A DNA stretch of 62,542 bases, the filler included, from Platydemus manokwari (taxonomy: Eukaryota): the NCBI GenBank assembly GCA_037951405.1. It is 5 parts of 5 records of this genome, joined end to end, with 100 filler letters (N's around TTAATTAATTAA, not from the genome) between each part and the next. Parts side by side here need not be neighbours in the genome. Positions count along the whole stretch, not along the records: positions 47,358 to 62,542 come from JBBMOY011329205.1; 4 more parts are not named here. One strand, 5' to 3'. Shown piece after piece: positions 54,131 through 62,542 of the stretch. The notes beneath the pieces were generated by a model, which made no database searches, was not told the origin of the DNA, and was given only the letters and a program-made list of their open reading frames with translations. Position numbers and translations under genes: made by a program. Each line of letters starts with the position of its first letter. Position 1 is the first letter of the stretch.

Positions 54131-56669
54131 CTCGTGAAATCCAGCTAGTTTTATAAGCTTATCGTGTGTGTTCAATTGATATGAGGTATCATTTTGTGGT
54201 TTCCGTGCTCCAAGGCCTCTTACGATGAACATATGTGAATTAGTGCGCATTTGAATGTAGTTTTCTAGATATTCTTCCAAAGCTCTTACATTTCAAAGCT
54301 ATTGCTATATTTCCAAAAAGTTGTTGTTTCCAACAAGTTTTGGTTTATCCAAGTGACATCTAATATTCTTTTGTTTTATGATACTTTTAGTTTTTATTTT
54401 ACGTACTTTGTGTTGGCGAGAATTGGCATTATTTAATTGTGTCTATGTGACATGAAAAAGTCCGATTTTAAACATTTATTGATTAGTGTTGTTCGACATC
54501 GTAAAAGCATTTCCTTCTCTGTAACTCTATCATATTTTTGTACAATGTTGGTCAGGTGTCTGGTAATACTTTATGGATGAAACGAAATTCTTCTATCGAC
54601 AGCTCACCAATTTTTTCCTTAGTTGTTTTTAAAAAATGTTTCAAGTGTTAAAAGGTGTTTTCATTACTGTTAAATAAAACATATTTTATCCAGTATTTTA
54701 ATATTTTATTATTTATTTCTGAAAGTTTTTAAAAAATTAATCTTTCTCAACTAAATTCGAAATTGATACGAATATTAGGATGAAACATTGGGCTCGATCT
54801 CAACTTTGAAAATAACAATCTTTTATCGATTTTTTCTCATAATTTTGTTGGTTATTTATAAGACAATTTTATAGTAATTTCCATTAACTCTTTTGAATGT
54901 GGCTATACAGATACAATTCAAAGGGTTCATTATGTATATTAAATTAACTGAAAAGAATAGCATCAAAAATAGATTAACTCACAACTTTCATATGTCTGAT
55001 TCTCTTATATATAAATAAAATGTGACAAATAAAGAAAATTTCAATTTCATCAGCTTATAATCATCTACTTTCATGAAAGTCGAATTTAAAAGGAAATTCT
55101 TTATATAAAAATTTGACATATCTATTCTAGATGTCTGAAATTATTAAAATTTGCTTCGATATGTTAAGCTATTTTGAGACTATTTCGTTATTATTATTAC
55201 TTATTTAAAATAAACTTATTAATATATCGCTTCTATCATATATATTAATTTCGGACTCAAAATAAAATTAATTAATAAGTAGTTAATTCCCTTAAGTGTA
55301 AGGGATAAAATTTTTCAAAACGTTGTCCATTGAAAGATACGTCTTAACAGCCTTTCAGCTCATTAGTATCGAATAGTTCAGCCAATACATAAGTATATAT
55401 ATCTCGGTCATCAATGTCTCACTCAATATAAAATTATGTAACCAAATTTGGCTATTTAACTCAACATCAATTCCCGGTATTTATAGTTACTATCTTTTGG
55501 TTTTATAGCAGCATGAACCTTGCAAGCAATATATATGCGTGTGTGTGTATGCAAAATATTCGAATAATTTTTCACTGTTTAAAAATGAGTGCAATGAACT
55601 ACTTCAAAGAAATAAAAAGTCAAATATCGGCATTTCATTATTGTGAGAATGGAATATTCTAATATAAGTTATAGGACATAATATCTCCACTCCATCTGCA
55701 AAAGAACACTAGCTCATTATGTAGGTTGTTAAATAAGGGATAAATAATTTATGTGAACGTCAATGCTACCATGACAGAAAAGGATGAAAATCTGACAAGA
55801 GATGAATATTGGATACATTGTTAAGTGGAGTTGCCTCTAACAATTGCTATTTTCTTCGACATAATAACCGTTTTATGGTTTTTTTGCGAATTTATGCACG
55901 ATCATTGACAACACAGAATGGACATTTTAATTTTTGTAACATCGTCGACACAATAACGATCTATCTAGTTTCTCATCATTAACTTACTGACAACCATTGA
56001 CTGAAATTCTATTTCATTTTCTGAACGCAGCTGAATTTTTACCGAAAAATACTGAAGTAATTATTAATCAAAATCAATAATCAACGAAAGTCAAAAATGA
56101 TTAATTATTTGTAAAATTAATTTTCCTTGTTTGAATAAACAAGAACGAGAGTAAAATATTGTCACTGACAAATTTGATGAGGAAATAGATTAGTTCTGCC
56201 ATTCCTTCCATGGGACAATATTATCGGAACTGAACTAATGCCAAGATGCTTTCCAGATCGTAGTTTGTTTTGTTTAAAAATTTAATTTCAATTAATTTTG
56301 TAATTGTTGACGATTATTGATTTTGTCGATATTTATTTATTTTTTATTTTCGTACTAGGTTTAAGATATAGATTTATGCATATATAGCCAAAATAAGGTT
56401 TAACTGTAGAACATAAATCACAACGAAATATAGTAACTTAACAGATGAATTTAATAGAAAAAAATACCAATATTCTTAAATAACTTATTCACACTAAATC
56501 AGTAGCGTTAAACTATTTAAAAATATCTTGGTTTACTTAATTTACTTTTAAAAAGAAGTCAGATAATCTGCGATTGATTCTCCGATGAATTTACTTACAT
56601 TGGTTTGGCAAAAATGTTCTGCTGAAAACTGTTGTGAATGAGGTTGCTTTGGTTAAGTTAATCTGTATG

Positions 56670-57170
56670 TATAGAGGCCGGTAAAAAAATTCGTTTTTAT
56701 CATTAAGAAAATATCTTAAAATCAAAGTTAAAATTTTCTAGGTAGATATTTCGTAGGAATTTTTTAAGGTAGATCATTAACAAGACTGGAAATTTTAATA
56801 TTTAAATTTAAATAAATCGATTAGAGTTGGTTATATGATTTAGTCTGAAAGATGAAGGCAAAGCAATTCGACATAAATTTCTTCTTTGCAACTTTAACAC
56901 GGAACAACTTTTCGGCTGCCGAAATCTATCACTTTCTTGTCGAAAGTTGGGGAGCAAAGAACGTCGTCATCCTTCGGAGAGTGCAGCAGATTATCAAAGA
57001 GTTTGCAGAAGCTTCGGGAAGACCAAGAACGAACACTGCATAAGAGAATGCCATTATTGAGCGTGAAACGATTGAAGAAGATGTATTTGATTTGAGAATA
57101 TTTTCTGAACAACTGGCTATGGATTATTATGAGCTTTACGAAGGAGCTAATTAGATTTTTGTGCCCTATA
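56670..57170 (+). mobile_element. Internally deleted Tc1/mariner element (N-terminal HTH and GRPR)
   Basis: ORF 56852-57043: FSAAEIYHFLVESWGAKNVVILRRVQQIIKEF...SGRPRT, a mariner HTH plus GRPR motif. Weak terminal inverted similarity (TATAGAGGCC..AAAAAATTC versus GATTTTTTGTGCCCTATA). Confidence 0.65.
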
Positions 57171-59979
57171 CCTATTTCAATAATAAGATTATCATGGATA
57201 ATATTGGAAATTATGATGGACTCTGTATGAGAACATGAATTTTGTTAGATAATTATTGACCCTTATCCATGTCTGTCTCAAAAACATATTCATTAATTCA
57301 ACAGAAAACAAAATGATAAAAAAAATTGAAAGGATATTGTAAGATTGTTCGAGTTCGCAAAAGACTGTTTTACATGATACATGCATTTTCATAAGTGCAA
57401 TTCTCAGATTTTCTTCTCAAGCTGAATTTATTTATTTGATAAAATTATTTCAAAAATTTACCATTGTTTCGTTATAAAGTATGTGATGAAGTATAAAGGA
57501 TTTTTTGTCTTCTATTACCGATTTTTGGAGAGAATATCATTCCAACAAAATAAATTTATCTAACTTGAAAAATTTTACAACTCCATTTAATTTTCGCAAA
57601 GCTTATAAATGAGATATCAATAATCCGGTCCAAAAATTCCCTAAAAACGGATTTCTCTTTGCTAGTGAACGATTTATTGAGAAGAGGACATAACATCTGG
57701 TTGGCGTCGCTTAATTCAGGCGAATTCACTTGCATAAATCGATCCCAAACAAATTTGCCCCATTAATTAGATTTTCCAATAAGCCGCTTTTAGATTTTAA
57801 TTTTTGTTCGTTTTTGTCAATTTCTATTTTTATAATTCAAGGTCATGAGCGGAAAAGAAAAAAATTCCGACACAGTGGAAATGTCTGAGAAAAATGAATT
57901 ATTGATTTATATTAGAACCGTTAATAGACCGAATTGGAAATCAATGAGTGTGAGAAAAAAGAAAGAAGTCGAAAATTTTCAAAGAAATTAATTCACTCAA
58001 GTTTTTCTAATATACCGACAACAACTTTTCAAATCTGCTGATTGACAAAAGCAATATTGAAAATTGTTGATCGAAAACACTATCTCAATCAGGAATTCAT
58101 TTTCGTATATATGCAATTTATCTAATCGTAATTGAATGACATGGTATAATTTTCCGAATTGGAATAGTCTAAGAATGGTCTGAGAAAAATTTATTTGAAT
58201 TATATTTACTGGGTATTTATCAGTGTGTGCATATTATTTTATTCATTCGCTTATTTGAAGATATTCTACTATTATTCAATGGAGTTGTACTGATTTAAAC
58301 TCGGCATGGAAACCCAAATCCAAAGTGACAGGAATAATTTCTATAAGCAATTAAGGATTCAATGCTAATTAAAATTATGCTGTTAAATTTTTTGTCTGCC
58401 TTATTGATCTGAAAATAGTCCATAATTTCCATGATCCCAAAAATCTTTATTATAATAATTGATCGGAAGTGACAAAAACATATCTAAGAACTAACTGGAT
58501 AATACGAATACAGAAAAAAGACGATTAGTTCCCACAATATGAGGGAAAAGGAAAAAAAATCCATCGAAACTTACTTATAATAAAATCTGTAAATCTTTTT
58601 TTCTTTTAAAGTTTTATCGAGGGAAACAAGATGTAGAGCATTATTAGTTCTAGCTACTACCAATATTAAATGTTTCTTTTTGGAGAAAATCCAATGCTTT
58701 CAACATTTAACGAAAACGTGTTTTGGTTTTCAAATACAGCAATTAAGTAAATCAATATCATAAAAAAATTAAAAATTTTAATCCTTAACAATGCGATATT
58801 AAAAAGTCAAACATAGACATTCCGTACCAATAATCATGGTGTGAATAATTCAATTAGGCTTTACCGATCTTTCATTCCATAAATCCGATTCGTAATTTCC
58901 AAATAAATTTAATTCATCGAAGAGATTATTTATTAACCACAGTCTGGTCCCGGTTAATGACAAATCCCAAATAAACGAACAGATTAAATCCTAATTTTAG
59001 CCTCTTTGATTGCAACTAACGAACAGAAACACAACATTGGAGTTTGTGAAACGAAATGAGTCTATTCGACAATGGTTCATTAAATAACTATCGAGAAAAT
59101 GTTGAGATGAGAGTATTAATAATTTTCATAGATCATTGGTGAAATAAGTCTGAAATTTTCGAGAGATTTATTTGAAAATTATTGTAATTATTATATCAAT
59201 TTTATTGTAATAATTTATAATCATTTTATTATTATATCGATCTATGCACAAACAGGAGTTTAAATAGGATTGTCAATATTCGTTGACTAAGTGTTCATAA
59301 TTTCCAACAAGTACTCTAATGATAGACAGTTTTTATAATTTGATTTTGATTTTTTATCAACATATTAGGCACAAAAAGAAATTTGGTTTCTCTTCTGTAA
59401 AAATGTAGGTTTTATCCTTTGAGGAGACCATAACCCACCAAACCGTTATCCAATGTAACGCATTTAATCCATGTCAATACTAAAAACTACCTAAACAATT
59501 GACAGGAACGTCAATGTAAAAAGTCCAATCAACAGATTAAGCTACAGTAAATTTAAAATATAATTTTTTTTCATGAAAATGTGTCGGAATAAAAATAGAA
59601 AACAAACTAATGGCAATCGATGAATCTCCACACATAGCATTTGTGTATGAATATATTCAAAATAAATCTGTCAACACTTGTGTGCGTGTGAGTGTGTTTT
59701 TTAAAGTCCGATTTTCTTACCATGATAAAATAAAAAACCCATAAAAACGAAACCAATTAAAAAATGAAAAGAAATTTATTGAACTTGAAATGATAAAATC
59801 ATTTTGATTTTATGAAAAATTTGTTTTAAAGATGAAATATTGATTTTATATTGTTTTAGCTATTTATTTGTATCATTGGAAAAATACAGAGAAATATTCA
59901 ATTATCCTTATCAATAGATATCTGTGATAAATGTTTTAAAATTTTAATTACTGATTATATTCAAAATTTTCAAATTATA

Positions 59980-60010
<31 letters not shown>

Positions 60011-60021
60011 ATCTATATTAT

Positions 60022-60143
60022 TGTTTCAATTATAATTCTGACGATTTAAAATTTTCTTATAAATCGATATCAAAAGATATTATTTTGTTTAAATAATTGT
60101 TTTTAAATAGATAATTTGGTGTGATGACGTTTCAGATCAGTTC
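60022..60143 (+). mobile_element. Partial LTR of TRIM family A
   Basis: TTTGTTTAAATAATTGTTTTTAAATAGATAATTTGGTGTGATGACGTTTCAG matches the family LTR core. The ends are not preserved. Confidence 0.5.
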
Positions 60144-60998
60144 TATTATAATCAATATTTTTATTATCATCATAAGTACTTATGAAATAAAGGGAAAAAA
60201 TCCACTTACCGGTTTCATCATTCCTAGTTACCAAATAAAAAATTTAATGAGAAAATCAATGATAGACTTTCTGATCTGTGTGGAAATAATAATAAAATAT
60301 ACAGTTCGCCTAATTGAACCATACATTGAACAATGACGGTCCAGTGCGAAGGATAATTCTCATGATGATTAAAGTAAACACAAAAAACTTAATATTATTA
60401 GAAAACATTGCACTTAATAAAACATATGATAAGTTAGGCTGGCTGAATGGTAAACCAACAAAATAATAATCGTATTTTTGAACAACTGTCGGTCTGAACC
60501 ATATATTAGTATAAATAATAAGGCAAGTAGTGGTATTTGTCATTTAAGTTACACCAAGAAAATAAGTAAGAATTATGTTACACTCTAGAGTATATTTCCC
60601 AACAAAGAAGAGTAGTTTTAAAATTGTAAAATTATTTGTTCTTTAAAGCATAAAGTTTATAATACAACCAGTGCAATTTTGATCAAAAAGTAAGGATTCC
60701 TGTTTTGTGCATTTGTTATGCAACCGGAAGATTCTGGGCTGGTAAATCATCAGAAATTACGAAATTCAGTCTTCATTTGTGATTATTATATCCAACTTAT
60801 TATTGGGATTATATGCGATTCAATGTACAAAAAGAGTAACATTATATATTTATTAGTAAAAAGAAATTTTTTCATGATTGTCAATGACAACCTAGTTCCT
60901 ACCAATATTGAGTCAGATCTGGAAGTTGAGTCCTTTAAGCTTGTAATGAAAATAAATTTAAGTATACTATAATCTCTATTATTATTATTACTATTATT

Positions 60999-62464
60999 TA
61001 GGGTTGGTTGACGATTAATTTAATTTTAATAGTTAACTTTTGAAAATTATCGATTAATTAATAGTTAATTTAAATTAAATCATAAAAATCTCTTTAGCTT
61101 CATGTATTATCAAATTAACCATATTCAATTGAAAATAAATTATAAACAAATGTTTCTGCAGCCTATACGTAATCGGATGACCACCTACACAACCATACGA
61201 GCATATTAACGCTATTTGGTTTCAGTGATGAGCGCGTCTTATTAATAATGTAGCTCGCAAAGTTAAATAATCAGTCACATGGAATTGATGTAGCTGGTAT
61301 GCATAAGACGGTCTTTGCCAAAAAAGCTAATTTGGTATATCTAAGTTCATTAATCTTACATCATTGTAGTGGATAAACGAATCTGAAACTTTTTTCTCCA
61401 TTTTATAACGCTTTAGTTTATTGGAGGCATTATCAACATCTTCTTCGTCTGAGTCAGACTCCATTAGCTTAATATTTATGTAATTTTATTATCATTGGCT
61501 GTAGTATTTTGTTTATCTGGCCCAAATTGAATACTATTGATATTAATAGCTATTTGCTTTTCAATGTGTAACCTATGTTTGTTCTTTTGAATCTACCGAT
61601 AAGCATTTCAAACTATTATAGCGTGTATCAAGTGCCGTAGCTATTTGAATATTTGTCATATTAGCTATACGCTCTTTGAAATTATTAATGGACGTTGCTT
61701 TGAATCTAGTAATGTATCCAGGACCATCATCATTTACAGCCATGTGCTTTGTCAAACATGATAGCAATGGTAATATACAGCTACATGAAACATACTTTTG
61801 ACCACCAAGCAAGAGCATAGCCTGACAAAATAAATCTTACACGTTGACATTTAGAAATCTTATCCCAACTGGAATCTAATAATTTTGGACCTTTATATTT
61901 ACTCTTTCCATCTGACAAGAAGACGGTTAATGCTTCTCTGGCCTGCAGCACACCTTGCAGCATTATAAAAATACTATCCAATCTTGTTGCAAATTAGGTA
62001 ATAGTGAGACAACACAGGCCTACAATTCTATCGTATTAGAAGCACTGTGTTTAAAGCACCCAACAATTTTTCGACATTTATCAAATAATGATTCAATATC
62101 AGCCGCTTTAAACCCATGTAATATTATTTGGCTACGAGTGATGTATTTGACCCAAGATATGCAAAAAATTTATCACAATGAATACAAAAAACGGTTTCCA
62201 CACTTTCAATACTTCTGTCTGCCGACAATTTAAATTCAAAATGTACATTTAGTCCACCAGATATAGAGCTATATTTAATAAGTCGATTATTCTCGACAAC
62301 CATACCTCATTACTTATCATTATTATTAGTATTATTATTTTTTGATTTCTGATACATTTATAAATTATGGGTGGGAAAATCAAATTGATTGATAGAGAAA
62401 CAAAAAATTAATTGTTAAAACATAATATTAATTAATTAATTAATAGTGAATTTCCCAAGCTCTA
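60999..62464 (-). mobile_element. Internally deleted hAT (ZBED1/Ac-like) DNA transposon
   Basis: The - strand encodes a degraded hAT transposase: DSIFIMLQ.VL, LLGGQKYVSCSCILP, IATALDTRY, and the dimerization domain YPLQ*CKINELRYTKLAFLAKTVLCIPATSIPCD*LF..A..IINKTRSSLKP. Ends are TAGGGTTGG.../...CCAAGCTCTA, with an 8-bp TSD matching 7/8 (CTATTATT versus CTTTTATT). Confidence 0.85.
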
Positions 62465-62469
62465 CTTTT

Positions 62470-62473
62470 ATTA

Positions 62474-62542
<69 letters not shown>
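62470..62542. repeat. (ATT)n microsatellite
   Basis: Seen directly at the window end. Confidence 0.95.

Noticed and set aside
54400-55830. Faint Gypsy RNase H-like (IEEFRF) and LINE endonuclease-like (VNATMTEKDE) peptides
   Set aside because: Too short and degenerate to call without a profile search.

Overview
Very AT-rich eukaryotic genomic DNA with abundant (ATT/AAT)n microsatellites and many short (about 50-75 nt) GT-AG introns. This fits an invertebrate, most plausibly a planarian flatworm (inference only). It is a gapped scaffold: four 100-nt gaps carry an artificial TTAATTAATTAA linker, and there are two plain N gaps. Four host genes are supported: an intronless rhodopsin-class peptide GPCR (7391-8692 +); an intronless PepT1/2-type SLC15/POT transporter that has lost its ExxER proton-coupling motif (9769-11835 -); an 11-exon KDM5/JARID1/Lid histone demethylase whose 3' end is probably missing at a gap (25092 to about 19674 -); and the 3' three exons of the high-affinity choline transporter SLC5A7/CHT1 (44201-41582 -). 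The rest is mostly mobile-element relics: Gypsy pol, mariner/Tc1/pogo pieces and MITEs, a hAT element, the endonuclease end of an R2-superfamily retroelement, and a degraded Polinton/Maverick-like DNA polymerase B. The most notable unannotated structure is a family of miniature non-coding LTR retrotransposons (TRIM-like). They have TG...CA LTRs of about 120-180 bp, a tRNA-Arg-type PBS (TGGCGACCACG) and a PPT, and they occur at about 7 loci in this window. Three of these loci (two full copies and one solo LTR) retain perfect 5-bp TSDs.
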